Source of the DNA: an uncultured Candidatus Saccharibacteria bacterium
Lineage (GTDB): Bacteria > Patescibacteriota > Minisyncoccia > Phycocordibacterales > UBA2100
Assembly: GCA_964362175.1 (NCBI GenBank)
Contig: CAYIDD010000001.1
Span: 569 to 64,568 of the forward strand
DNA: 64,000 nucleotides
Direction of reading: 5' to 3'
Below, piece by piece: positions 26,650 to 36,029 of this stretch (position 1 is its first letter; every line of letters begins with the position of its first letter). The notes beneath the pieces were generated by a model, which did no database searches, had not been told where the DNA came from, and saw only the letters and a program-made list of their open reading frames with translations. The position numbers and the translations under genes were made by a program.

Positions 26650-26702
26650 CGTTGGCGGCCTCCTCGCCCGCTTCGGACACAATAGTATAGGGACTGTGCT
26701 TG

Positions 26703-27599
26703 TCAAACGTTGAGCCCGCGAAGTGCCGCGACACGCTCTTCAACGGGCGGATGTGTGCTGAACATCTTTGCGATGAATTTGCCCGCCTCGTGCGCACCAA
26801 AAGGATTCGAGATAAATAGGTGCGCCGTCGCGTGATTCGCGCGCTGCATAGGTGCTTCGTACGAAGAAATTTTTTGCAGTGCGGAAGCAAGAGCATCGGG
26901 ATAGCGCGTGAGGAGTGCGCCGGAAGCGTCGGCGAGGAATTCCCGCTTTCTGGAAACAGCCATTTGTATCAATTGCGCTGCGATTGGCGCGAGTACGATG
27001 GCAACAATACCCGCAACGAGAAGCAGCGGATTTTTATTATCCCGGTCCCCATGCCCGAAAAAGCTCATGCGCAGGAAAATATCCGAGATGATGGCAATGA
27101 ATCCCGCCAAGACAACAGCGACCGTCATTACCAGAATGTCGCGATTCCCGATGTGCGAGAGTTCGTGTGCGAGCACTCCCTCAAGCTCACTCCTGTCGAG
27201 CCGCGCGAGGAGCCCCGTCGTCACGGCAACGACTGCATGCTTGGCATCGCGCCCCGCGGCAAACGCATTGGGTGCCTGATCATCTATTACATACAACCGC
27301 GGCTTGGGAAGCCCCGCGGTGATGGCGAGATTTTCCAATATCCGGTGCAATTCGAGGTACTGAACTGAGTCGGCCTCATGCGCGCCACTTGATGCAAGCG
27401 CGATCTTATCGGAAAACCAGTACGCGGTGACATTCATGAAAAGCGAGAACGCAACGGCCGCGTACAGTATCGCGGCATTGCCGTATATCTGCGAAACGAT
27501 CCATCCGACCGCGATCACGACGACCAAAAATCCGGTCATCAAAAACCACGTCCTGCGAATATTTTTTCCCTGTTGTGTGTACAGTGACGCCATACCCAA
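26703..27599 (-). CDS. htpX: membrane zinc protease HtpX (M48 family)
   Basis: HELSHIGNRD zinc motif, four TM helices. Confidence 0.85.
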   Translation of the reverse strand: MGMASLYTQQGKNIRRTWFLMTGFLVVVIAVGWIVSQIYGNAAILYAAVAFSLFMNVTAYWFSDKIALASSGAHEADSVQYLELHRILENLAITAGLPKPRLYVIDDQAPNAFAAGRDAKHAVVAVTTGLLARLDRSELEGVLAHELSHIGNRDILVMTVAVVLAGFIAIISDIFLRMSFFGHGDRDNKNPLLLVAGIVAIVLAPIAAQLIQMAVSRKREFLADASGALLTRYPDALASALQKISSYEAPMQRANHATAHLFISNPFGAHEAGKFIAKMFSTHPPVEERVAALRGLNV

Positions 27600-27641
27600 A
27601 AAGAATACCTAAAATATGTCTCGACTTCCACTATATTTGAA

Positions 27642-28202
27642 TTAGAAGCTCACCTTGACGGGATTGCGCGCGGCCTCCTCCCCTTCCGCAAGCTGGAAGA
27701 ACTCGCGCGTCTTGAAGCCGAACGTGGAGCCGATGATGTTCGAGGGGAATTGCTCTATTGCGTTTTGGAGCTCTTGCACCACAGAGTTGTAGAAGCGACG
27801 TGCTGCCTGTATCTTGTTCTCGGTATCAGAAAGCTCACGCTGAAGCTCGACGAAATTGGTATTTGCCTTCAGGTCCGGATACGCCTCGGAAACCGCGAAG
27901 AGCGATTTCAAGGCGCCCGTCAGCATGTTCTCGGCGGCCGCATGTTCCCCCACCGTCTGAGCACTCATCGCCTTCGTGCGCGCCTCCGTCACTTTCTGGA
28001 GCGTCCCCGCTTCGTGTGAAGCATAACCTTTCACGGTCTCAACGAGATTCGGAATAAGGTCGTACCGACGTTTCATCTGTACATCGATATCGGACCACGC
28101 TTCCTCTGTGCGATTCGTGAGCTGGACGAAACGATTGTAAGCCCACACCGCCCACACAACGACAGCCGCCGCAACGCCAAGAATGATGTAAGAAATATCC
28201 AT
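27642..28202 (-). CDS. lemA: LemA family protein
   Basis: N-terminal TM helix plus a conserved LemA core (RYDLIPNLV ... AYPDLKAN); conserved pairing with htpX. Confidence 0.85.
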   Translation of the reverse strand: MDISYIILGVAAAVVVWAVWAYNRFVQLTNRTEEAWSDIDVQMKRRYDLIPNLVETVKGYASHEAGTLQKVTEARTKAMSAQTVGEHAAAENMLTGALKSLFAVSEAYPDLKANTNFVELQRELSDTENKIQAARRFYNSVVQELQNAIEQFPSNIIGSTFGFKTREFFQLAEGEEAARNPVKVSF

Positions 28203-28217
28203 ACGGCCATTATACCA

Positions 28218-31200
28218 CTACTGTATCTCCTTACGCAAAAGCTGGAGCAGCTGCAGATTTTGCGCTGCCGACCCCCTGTAGTTTGTGATGCCATAACTCG
28301 CTGCCAGTTGGGCACGACTGGCATAATCACTTGGCTGCCCTGCGGCCTTGAGGAAGTTGATGATCGAGTCGCCTTTGTAATTCTGCGCCGTGGCGTACAG
28401 ATTTTCTGCGGTAGGTTGAGAGTACGGAAGCGGTACGGGAAGACCTTTGGTCTGCAACGCATCCAGCATCTGAATGTTACATGTCGCAGTCCCGACACTG
28501 CACGTGAGCCCCATTTCCTGAGCGAGTTTCCTGCGCGAACTGAGGTCGGAAGACAGGCCATTTTCCTCAAGACAATTGACGATGGAGGAATTTGAGCACG
28601 ACACCTGAAATGGCGACTTCGTCGAAGGCTCAACGACTTGCCCTCCAACTCCCGATTCCCCCGCGTCAGAACTCGGGATTGTATTGGGTTCAACCGATAC
28701 TGGCTCACCGCTCGCAAGCCTGAAGCCGGAGTCTGGAAGATCAGATTTAGATTCAGCGACGACTTCCCTGAAAATTTCTTCCCAATCGGTCTCGGCCGCC
28801 GGACCCGGCATGGGCAGACGCGCGTCAAGTTCGGCATCAGTGGGTGCCGACGCAACAATGGGGGCGTTTCCTGCTGACGCGCCAAAGCCGAAAAATTCCT
28901 TGGTTCCCTCCCAGATCTCCAGAGCATATTCCCGCCAACCCTTGTTTGTCTCCGGGGCGATGGCCGTAGTCGGTGAATCACGAACTACAGAATCTGCCAC
29001 CTCCTGCGCAGCCTCACTTGAGACAGGCTCCGTGGACTCAGGTCCACCGATGGCCGCAAAACCTGGCACGACTTCGCCCCACACGGTGTGCGGAATTGGG
29101 GCTCCCGTCTCCAGATGGGCGACAAGCTCAGGGACCGGCAGAGGATACGAAGCCGAGACATACGACGTAAAACCTTCGAGACCTCCCAAACTTTGGGAAG
29201 AAAGATTCGGGGGAACAGGCGCGGAAGCGGTGAGGGTCGCCTCGGTCCCACGTAATGTGTTGATCGACTGCGCGAGAACAGAGATCTCCGTTCCCAGCCG
29301 CGCGTAGTTACTCTGCAGACCAGGAAGCGAATTCACGCTTGGGTCTGTCGTACCGAGAACCTTGGCGGATGCTAAAAGCGTGTTGCCCGCCTGTATCGCA
29401 TCGTTCGCTGCCGATAAACTTCGAACGGAGGCAAGATGATCGAGCTTTGCAACATAGCCGTTAATGCTATTCGCGAGATCGGTTTCTCCCATTTGCCGAG
29501 CGAGTCCTGCCAGGCTTTTGGCCGCATTCCTACCCTCAACCATCGTCGCCACGCCTTTCTCGTCTGGTATTTGTAGTTTGCGCAATTCCGCAAGACCTGC
29601 CTGCGCTTTTGCGAGGAGAGTTCTGGCCTGTGCTGAGTTATTTTTCAATTTCTGAAGTTCTGCTATTTGTTTCTTCAGAGCATCTCTTTTAATCTCGATT
29701 TCCTGCTTCGCTTTTTCCGCATCAGCCAACTGGCCTCTCGTCTCTTCGAGTTCCTGCTGTCGATTCGCGTCTTCAACTTCCCCGGACTCTGCGGTTTTGG
29801 TGTCAGCTGCCGTACCCTCGTCGGATCCCCCAAGTTTCGCAAGCTGTTCTTGCCTAAGCCGCTCTTCCTGCGCCACCACCTCGGCTTTTGCCGCTGCCTG
29901 ATCGAACGGCTCGGCTGGAGGCGGCATCGGAATTCGCGCTTCAAGTTCGGTATCGGAGGGTGTCGGTTGCTCGGTCTGCACCTGCTGGGTCTCGGGGTTG
30001 GCGTCGGTCAAAGAACTGGTATTTAGATTCGACGCGTATTGGCGGAGAGCCTCATTGTCATCGCTCTTGTTCGTCCATACTGATGGTGCTTCTTCCAGAG
30101 GCGCGCTTGGTTGTTCCCCGCCTGTTCCGAGAGATTTACCGATATCTTGGAGCCACTTGCGCACGGTGCCCAATACCTGCCCCGTCTTGTCCGCAAAGGA
30201 TTCAGCGAATGTCTTTTCGGAAGTAGCCGGTGGTTGTTCGGGGATCGGCGTAACGTCGGGACCAGTTTCAGCGGGGCTCTCTGTGGTCGGGAGTTGCGAG
30301 GGACCCTGCGCGACCGGAGATGATATTGTTCCCGGTTGGTCTGGCGCGACCACCGATGATCCATTTGCCAACCGGAAACTTTCCGTTTGCGCTTTTTGTA
30401 TGGCATCCCCGAGGGAATCTTGCGCAGATTCGGGTGGAACATACACCGCACGACCATTGGAATCGTAGAGTGTCAAACCACCGTCCCGATCGATCTGAAA
30501 TCGCTCGGAGTCTCCGATCTTCCCCGATGTACTCTTCAAGTCCGATACGGATTGGTCGAGTGGTAGTGGCTGGTCGGACGGAAGCTGCCGGAAACCGATG
30601 ATGTCACTTGTGGGAACGCTCGGTTGAGCGGCAAGTTCGATCGGCGGAGTGTCGGGTGGGGATGTCTCGCCGTATCCAAAGAGAGATTTGATGGAATTAA
30701 TTCCCGACTCCACTCCCGATGTGACAGCCGACTTTGCGATGTCCCACGCCACCGCATACGGAGACGAAGACGGCGGAGGGGGGGCCGGAGGATTTGCCGC
30801 GCGTTCGGCGGCGGAAGCTTCATTCTGCATATCGAGCCGTACCTGCGTTTCTGCGATAGAACGCGCGATTTCCTGCCTGAACGCTGGTTCGGAGGCATAT
30901 TCCGGATTTTTCTCAAGGATTTTTTCATACACGCGCCGGTCGAATTCCGTCAACTTCTCGGTAAACGGCGGCGCTTCTCCAGACACATACACTTGAGAAA
31001 CGGGAGCTGGCTCCGCAGAGGTCACGGAAACGGGTTCGGCAGGCGGAGAGGCAGGTGCAGATGTGAGAACAAATCCCCCCGATCCGGCGGAGGAATCAGT
31101 AGGTTCTGCTGATCGGCTACCATTCGACGCGAGAGTGAACGAAGAATCCGCTCTTAACGACTGTGCTTGCGCCAAACCTTCACTCCACGCATTCCCGCGG

Positions 31201-32438
31201 GACACAAGTTCCACCTGCATTTGGCTCCGGTTCACCTCCTGGTAAGTGCCTAAGTTTTCGGCAATGGCTGGGGTAATATCGATCCCCTTTCCGCAGGATG
31301 GACAGTGGTCTCCAACTACTCCGTAGGTAGACAAACCGGTGTTGGGATTGGTAATCATTACGACATCGCCAAACCTCAATCCTGATGAGTTACCAGCCGC
31401 TATCACAGGTAGGTCTCGATCTATATAGTTACTGCGACTTCCAACGCGCGGCCCCTCTATTCCAGGTGAACAGCCAGGGTCCACAGCTACGCTGCAACCT
31501 CCAGGATAATATAGGGTCGCCCTCAGATTAGGTATGTTCCCCGCCTCGGCGTCGCCACCAAACTCTTTTGCCACTCTGCCCCACGTATTCGCGACAACTT
31601 GTTTTGTGGCCTCCCATGCCTTTGCGACTGAACAAAACCAGCCATCGCACGATTTCGTCTCCGCAGCATTTTGGTCGAATCCGGTGGAATCGGATGACAC
31701 ATTCTCTGTTTGCGGTTTTCCGAACGTATCGAGATTGCCGTAATAGTTCGGGTTTAGATTTCCCTCAGCATCGAACGGCTGGGCGGATGCGTTCCCCGGT
31801 GAAAACAATTGCCCCGTATCGTTACCCACCGTTTGTGTTGACGGCAAAGTATCGGTAAGAGATCCTCTCCCGTCATCGCCTGGCAAAATTCCCCACCGCT
31901 GCAACGTCGCCTCCCAAATACTCTTTCCCGGTCCGATCTCCGACGCGCTGTCAGCGCCCGTAAGAGCATCGAAAGCCCCCTTCAAGCGCTCGCTCCAGGT
32001 CAGCAATCGCTCAGGTTCCGGTGTTTCCGGAGACACACCAGCTTCGCTTACCAGCGGCTGTGACCCGTCTGAGAGTGTGGGTTTCGTCGCTTCGCTCACC
32101 TGTCTTCCCTCGCAGTCCGTAGTGGCCCTGCACTCACCGATCGCTTTACACTCCCCCTCTATCTCCTTTCTGGGACATGATGTCGTGTCCTTGCATACAC
32201 AGTCCTTACCGCCTATCGCAATAACATTTCCGTCTTTGTCTTTCTTTATCTCGTCGCATTGGAGACTGTAATCAACAGGTTTCCCATTTTTTTCGGACGT
32301 GCAGCTTAAGTTTGCAGTGACGTTGGCATCCTGCGCATGTAAAGCGAGGGGTAAAAATAGAAGGACGAGAGAAGTCGTCGCAATTGCGAACATAGACGAA
32401 ACAACCGTGCGAGTGCGGCACGTCATGTGTCCTTTCAT
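28218..32438 (-). CDS. giant secreted Cys-rich multidomain protein: signal peptide, Cys-rich N-module, RlpA-like DPBB domain, Pro-rich linkers, long coiled coil, C-terminal paired ~45-aa repeats
   Basis: 1406 aa. GLRFGDVVMITNPNTGLSTYGVVGDHCPSCGKGIDITPAIAENLG resembles an RlpA-type double-psi beta-barrel. ~250-aa heptad-rich region. The C-terminal repeats (SIVNCLEENGLSSDLSSRRKLAQEMGL / SIINFLKAAGQPSDYASRAQLAASYGI) are a motif I do not recognise. Confidence 0.8.
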   Translation of the reverse strand: MKGHMTCRTRTVVSSMFAIATTSLVLLFLPLALHAQDANVTANLSCTSEKNGKPVDYSLQCDEIKKDKDGNVIAIGGKDCVCKDTTSCPRKEIEGECKAIGECRATTDCEGRQVSEATKPTLSDGSQPLVSEAGVSPETPEPERLLTWSERLKGAFDALTGADSASEIGPGKSIWEATLQRWGILPGDDGRGSLTDTLPSTQTVGNDTGQLFSPGNASAQPFDAEGNLNPNYYGNLDTFGKPQTENVSSDSTGFDQNAAETKSCDGWFCSVAKAWEATKQVVANTWGRVAKEFGGDAEAGNIPNLRATLYYPGGCSVAVDPGCSPGIEGPRVGSRSNYIDRDLPVIAAGNSSGLRFGDVVMITNPNTGLSTYGVVGDHCPSCGKGIDITPAIAENLGTYQEVNRSQMQVELVSRGNAWSEGLAQAQSLRADSSFTLASNGSRSAEPTDSSAGSGGFVLTSAPASPPAEPVSVTSAEPAPVSQVYVSGEAPPFTEKLTEFDRRVYEKILEKNPEYASEPAFRQEIARSIAETQVRLDMQNEASAAERAANPPAPPPPSSSPYAVAWDIAKSAVTSGVESGINSIKSLFGYGETSPPDTPPIELAAQPSVPTSDIIGFRQLPSDQPLPLDQSVSDLKSTSGKIGDSERFQIDRDGGLTLYDSNGRAVYVPPESAQDSLGDAIQKAQTESFRLANGSSVVAPDQPGTISSPVAQGPSQLPTTESPAETGPDVTPIPEQPPATSEKTFAESFADKTGQVLGTVRKWLQDIGKSLGTGGEQPSAPLEEAPSVWTNKSDDNEALRQYASNLNTSSLTDANPETQQVQTEQPTPSDTELEARIPMPPPAEPFDQAAAKAEVVAQEERLRQEQLAKLGGSDEGTAADTKTAESGEVEDANRQQELEETRGQLADAEKAKQEIEIKRDALKKQIAELQKLKNNSAQARTLLAKAQAGLAELRKLQIPDEKGVATMVEGRNAAKSLAGLARQMGETDLANSINGYVAKLDHLASVRSLSAANDAIQAGNTLLASAKVLGTTDPSVNSLPGLQSNYARLGTEISVLAQSINTLRGTEATLTASAPVPPNLSSQSLGGLEGFTSYVSASYPLPVPELVAHLETGAPIPHTVWGEVVPGFAAIGGPESTEPVSSEAAQEVADSVVRDSPTTAIAPETNKGWREYALEIWEGTKEFFGFGASAGNAPIVASAPTDAELDARLPMPGPAAETDWEEIFREVVAESKSDLPDSGFRLASGEPVSVEPNTIPSSDAGESGVGGQVVEPSTKSPFQVSCSNSSIVNCLEENGLSSDLSSRRKLAQEMGLTCSVGTATCNIQMLDALQTKGLPVPLPYSQPTAENLYATAQNYKGDSIINFLKAAGQPSDYASRAQLAASYGITNYRGSAAQNLQLLQLLRKEIQ

Positions 32439-32501
32439 TTTAGCAAGAAAATACCGAGCATCGGGTGCCAGACCGACAAACTCTGGGGAGAAAAGTGATG
32501 C

Positions 32502-33404
32502 TTACGGATTGAGTCTCATCAGACTCTTCAACCAATCCCACATGCCCGGGGAACCAGCGTCTTTGTTCGCGGATTCTTTTGGTGCACCGAACGTATTGAG
32601 GTCGGGACTTGTGTAGTACAGCGGCGCACCGTCATTTGCTCGTGTACTTGTAGCACTCTGGCTGCCTTGCCTCGATGCACCTTGAGATGAATTGCCGCCG
32701 AGTGTCGTAATGGCCGTCCGAACAGCTCCCGATACAACGCTGCCCACCGTATTTGCGACCGCACTCGTTGCCTCTTGAACAACACGTGTTATCGCGCTCC
32801 AGCTAAATCGACTTGCCGTTGTGGCTGCACTCGTGGCGGCTGAAACACCCGTCGTCGTGCCGGGGAGTTCTCCGGAAAGAAATGGATTTGCCGAATTCGG
32901 ACACGGCTGGCCATTGGCATCGTATGTGGTGGAACTCGCACTCCCCGAGGGGCGGGTCATGCCAAAAACATTGCCCAGACCCGTGCCAAGCGCGGTGCAG
33001 GGATTTTGAGGTGGCCGATCTTTCTCTGGTTCGCCTTTTGGCGGCTCGGGCATCTTCGGCAATTCAGGCATCTTGCCATCCCCGCCAGGAGGCTGACCTT
33101 TGCAAATGTTTACGGCTTGACACTTTCCCGGCGTCACGTGTCCTTGTGTTTCGTCATTGCACGGGCAATCCTTTCCTCCGGGAAGCTTCTTTGCCGGACA
33201 TTTCTCTTTTGGTGTCCCACACGGACAGGTGTAGTCCTTATCAGGCGTGCATTTGAGATCAGCCTCGTTCCCGAGCGCAAGCTGGTTCATGCGGGAAGTC
33301 ACGGTGGTCGCGGCAGCGACGGAGATCGAGAAGACAACGAGCGCAAGGAGGAGATGCGTTGTTTTGAAAGCGAATACGCGCCTTCTGCGCTTGACAGCAC
33401 TCAT
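32502..33404 (-). CDS. secreted Cys-rich protein sharing the N-terminal Cys module of the neighbouring giant protein
   Basis: 300 aa, TM/signal, KDCPCNDETQGH / KCQAVNICKG motifs parallel KDCVCKDTTSCP / GECKAIGEC in the 1406-aa protein. Ser/Thr-rich low-complexity C-terminus. Confidence 0.6.
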   Translation of the reverse strand: MSAVKRRRRVFAFKTTHLLLALVVFSISVAAATTVTSRMNQLALGNEADLKCTPDKDYTCPCGTPKEKCPAKKLPGGKDCPCNDETQGHVTPGKCQAVNICKGQPPGGDGKMPELPKMPEPPKGEPEKDRPPQNPCTALGTGLGNVFGMTRPSGSASSTTYDANGQPCPNSANPFLSGELPGTTTGVSAATSAATTASRFSWSAITRVVQEATSAVANTVGSVVSGAVRTAITTLGGNSSQGASRQGSQSATSTRANDGAPLYYTSPDLNTFGAPKESANKDAGSPGMWDWLKSLMRLNP

Positions 33405-33458
33405 GGAAAAAGTCTAGCACGCATACGGCACGTGGAGAGCAGTACGGTGAATAACGCA

Positions 33459-33489
33459 AAGAGCCGCCGCGTCAGACGCGGCGGCTCTT
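33459..33489 (-). terminator. strong hairpin downstream of groEL
   Basis: aagagccgccgcg tcaga cgcggcggctctt, a 13-bp perfect stem. Confidence 0.5.
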
Positions 33490-33510
33490 ACGAACCAAAC
33501 ACTACCTAAC

Positions 33511-35169
33511 TTAGTAGTCCTCTCCGCCCATTCCTCCGCCCATGCCGCCACCTGCCGGAGCTGCTTTTTTGTCCTCGGGAATATCCGCGACGGCCGCTTC
33601 CGTCGTGAGCAGGACCGCGGCCGCTGAAGCAGAATTTTCCACGCAACTACGGGTCACTTTGACCGGATCAAGGATGCCCGCTTCGTACATGTCGACGATG
33701 GAGGCCTCCTCCGATTCCGCCGAGGCGTCGAATCCGAAACTACCGCCCCGCTTCACCACTTCCTGTAATATCACCGCACCATCCTCGCGTCCCGCATTTT
33801 TTACGATCTGCAAAAGCGGAGCCGAAAGTGCCGAAACAAGAATGCGGTAGCCTACCGTGTGCTCGTCGTGAGCGTTGGTATTGATTTTCTTTGCGAGCTT
33901 GGCGGCGACCTTCGCGAGCGCCGCACCACCGCCCGGAACGATACCCTCGGCAATTGCGGCCTTGGTGGCGTTGACCGCATCCTCGATCTTATCTTTGAGG
34001 TATTTCATCTCTGTTTCCGTCGCGGCCCCAACCCGAATGACCGCAACGCCGCCGGAGAGCTTTGCGATGCGCTCTTCGAGTTTCTCCCGATCGAATTTCG
34101 AATCACTCTTTTCTGCCTGTGAACGCAATTGACCGATACGCTCCTGAATGTCCGATTTCTTACCCTTGCCGCCCACGATGACGGTGGAGTCTTTTGTCGC
34201 AACCACGCGATTCGCGCGGCCGAGCATGCTCAATTCCGCCGTCTCAAGCTTGATGCCGAGATCCTCGGAAATGACGGTGCCGCCGACGGTGATGGCGATA
34301 TCCGCGAGCATTTCTTTCTTGCGATCGCCATAGCCCGGAGCTTTCACCGCGAGCACGTTGAAAGCGCCGCGTAATTTGTTGACGATGAGTGTCGCAAGCG
34401 CCTCGCCATCGACATCGTCCGCAATGATGACGAGCTCCTTCTTTCCGGATTGCGCGACCTTCTCGAGGAGCGGGAGGACATCCTTTATGGTCGAGATCTT
34501 CCTATCCGTTACGAGGACCGGCACATCTTTTGCCTCGGCCTCCATGCGCTCAGCGTTCGTGATGAGGTATGCGGAGACGTAACCCTTGTCGAACTCCATT
34601 CCCTCGACAAATTCGGACTCAATGCCGATCGACTGTGACTCTTCGACGGTGACGACCCCATCCTTGCCCACCTTCTCCACAATGTCGGCGATGGTCTTCC
34701 CCAGTTCTGCCGATTCAGCTGAGATGGTCGCGACCTGTCGGATGTCAGTTTTGCCTTTCACCTCCCGGGCCAGTTTTTTCAACTCCTCGACTGCGTCCTT
34801 CGCCGCAGCTTCGATTCCGCGGCGCACCATCATGGCATTCGCTCCGAGCGTCGTGCGCTTCAACCCCTCATGGATGATCGCTTGCGTCAGAACGACCGCA
34901 GTCGTAGTGCCATCTCCCGCCTTGTCATTCGTCTTTGTCGCCACTTCTTTCACGATCGAAGCGCCCATATCTTCGAATTTGTCGGCGAGCGATATCTCTT
35001 TCGCGATCGAGACTCCGTCGTTGGTGATCGTCGGACCTCCCCACGATTTTGAGAGGGCCACATTGCGGCCCTTTGGCCCGAGCGTCACCTTCACGGCGCC
35101 TGCCACGACATCGACGCCGCGTTTGAGCGCGGATCGTACCTGTTCATCAAAAATTACTTGTTTTGCCAT
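33511..35169 (-). CDS. groEL: chaperonin GroEL
   Basis: start at MAKQVIFDE (the ORF-track N-extension is judged spurious). GGM-rich C-terminus (GGGMGGGMGGEDY). Confidence 0.95.
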   Translation of the reverse strand: MAKQVIFDEQVRSALKRGVDVVAGAVKVTLGPKGRNVALSKSWGGPTITNDGVSIAKEISLADKFEDMGASIVKEVATKTNDKAGDGTTTAVVLTQAIIHEGLKRTTLGANAMMVRRGIEAAAKDAVEELKKLAREVKGKTDIRQVATISAESAELGKTIADIVEKVGKDGVVTVEESQSIGIESEFVEGMEFDKGYVSAYLITNAERMEAEAKDVPVLVTDRKISTIKDVLPLLEKVAQSGKKELVIIADDVDGEALATLIVNKLRGAFNVLAVKAPGYGDRKKEMLADIAITVGGTVISEDLGIKLETAELSMLGRANRVVATKDSTVIVGGKGKKSDIQERIGQLRSQAEKSDSKFDREKLEERIAKLSGGVAVIRVGAATETEMKYLKDKIEDAVNATKAAIAEGIVPGGGAALAKVAAKLAKKINTNAHDEHTVGYRILVSALSAPLLQIVKNAGREDGAVILQEVVKRGGSFGFDASAESEEASIVDMYEAGILDPVKVTRSCVENSASAAAVLLTTEAAVADIPEDKKAAPAGGGMGGGMGGEDY

Positions 35170-35249
35170 AGTTTTTCTTAACGAGTGATAATGAATTTTA
35201 GAAAAACGTGATCCTGTGAAATTACATGTTATTTCACCAGGACTGCTTT

Positions 35250-35573
35250 TCACTTAATGACTGCTAAAATATCCGATTCTTTCACGAGGAAGTACTCTCC
35301 TTCATCGCCCACGCTCACCTCGTTGTCCCAACCCGCGTTGAAGATTACCTTCGAACCTACCTTGACCGTCATCGGAATGAGGTCTCCCTCGTCGCCAAAG
35401 CGACCGGGTCCCACTGCGATCACGATGCCCATTTTCGACTTCTCTTTCTGTGCGGTGTCGGGGATGATAATGCCGGAAGGGGACTTTTCTCTGGCGACAT
35501 CCTGCCGTTCTACGAGCACTCGGTCGGCAAGCGGGCGGATGTTGTTCTTAAGATCTTTTCCCTCTTTTTTCAT
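35250..35573 (-). CDS. groES: co-chaperonin GroES
   Basis: IRPLADRVLVER ... mobile-loop/roof pattern, ~100 aa, directly upstream of groEL. Confidence 0.9.
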   Translation of the reverse strand: MKKEGKDLKNNIRPLADRVLVERQDVAREKSPSGIIIPDTAQKEKSKMGIVIAVGPGRFGDEGDLIPMTVKVGSKVIFNAGWDNEVSVGDEGEYFLVKESDILAVIK

Positions 35574-35696
35574 ATCTAAAAACTGTAAGGTTGATAATCA
35601 TTGGAAGTGCAGCATACGCTGCGACGGCGTCAATGTAAATGAGGGTGGCTATTTTCGTCAACTTGAATGCATGGCTTTAATATGGCGTAATCACGC

Positions 35697-35966
35697 TTGA
35701 TTGATTCTCCGACCTGTGCTAACATCCCTGCAATGGTTTTGCTCCAGAACATGCTGCCGTACGTGCAGATAGGTTTGTCGGCCCTTCTCATTGTTACGAT
35801 ACTTTTGCAGCGCACGGGAGCGTCGCTCGGGGGTGCATTCGGAGCAGACAACTTCAGCTCCGGATTCCACACTCGCCGCGGTCTGGAAAAGACGCTCTTC
35901 CAGGCAACGATCGTCCTTGGTATACTGTTTGCGCTTTCTGCATTGGTGAATCTTGTTATCAGTTAA
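35697..35966 (+). CDS. secG: preprotein translocase subunit SecG
   Basis: two TM helices with LLQ..G.SLGGAFG Gly-rich loop typical of SecG. Start may be the internal MVLLQN. Confidence 0.6.
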   Translation: MIDSPTCANIPAMVLLQNMLPYVQIGLSALLIVTILLQRTGASLGGAFGADNFSSGFHTRRGLEKTLFQATIVLGILFALSALVNLVIS

Positions 35967-36029
35967 GACGCATTGGCAGCCCATCCGCCGGCTGGCGGAT
36001 CGCGGTTGACTCTGTGCGCTCCGCGCGCT

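Noticed and set aside
28073-28981. 302-aa ORF on the minus strand overlapping the 3' part of the 1406-aa gene
   Set aside because: Out-of-frame overlap with a much longer coherent CDS. The product is Arg/Ser/Pro-rich low complexity.
28260-31858. Plus-strand ORFs (28684-29307, 29998-30468, 30624-31112, etc.) antisense to the 1406-aa gene
   Set aside because: Antisense artefacts of a long GC-rich gene. No start or RBS context or terminators.
34586-35188. 200-aa plus-strand ORF and several smaller ones inside groEL
   Set aside because: Antisense to groEL.
35574-35700. Looked for a CIRCE/HrcA operator (TTAGCACTC-N9-GAGTGCTAA) upstream of groES
   Set aside because: Only a weak 5-bp-arm palindrome (gcagc gtat gctgc) and a plausible TTGACG-17-TTACAT promoter are present. 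There is no CIRCE-like inverted repeat.
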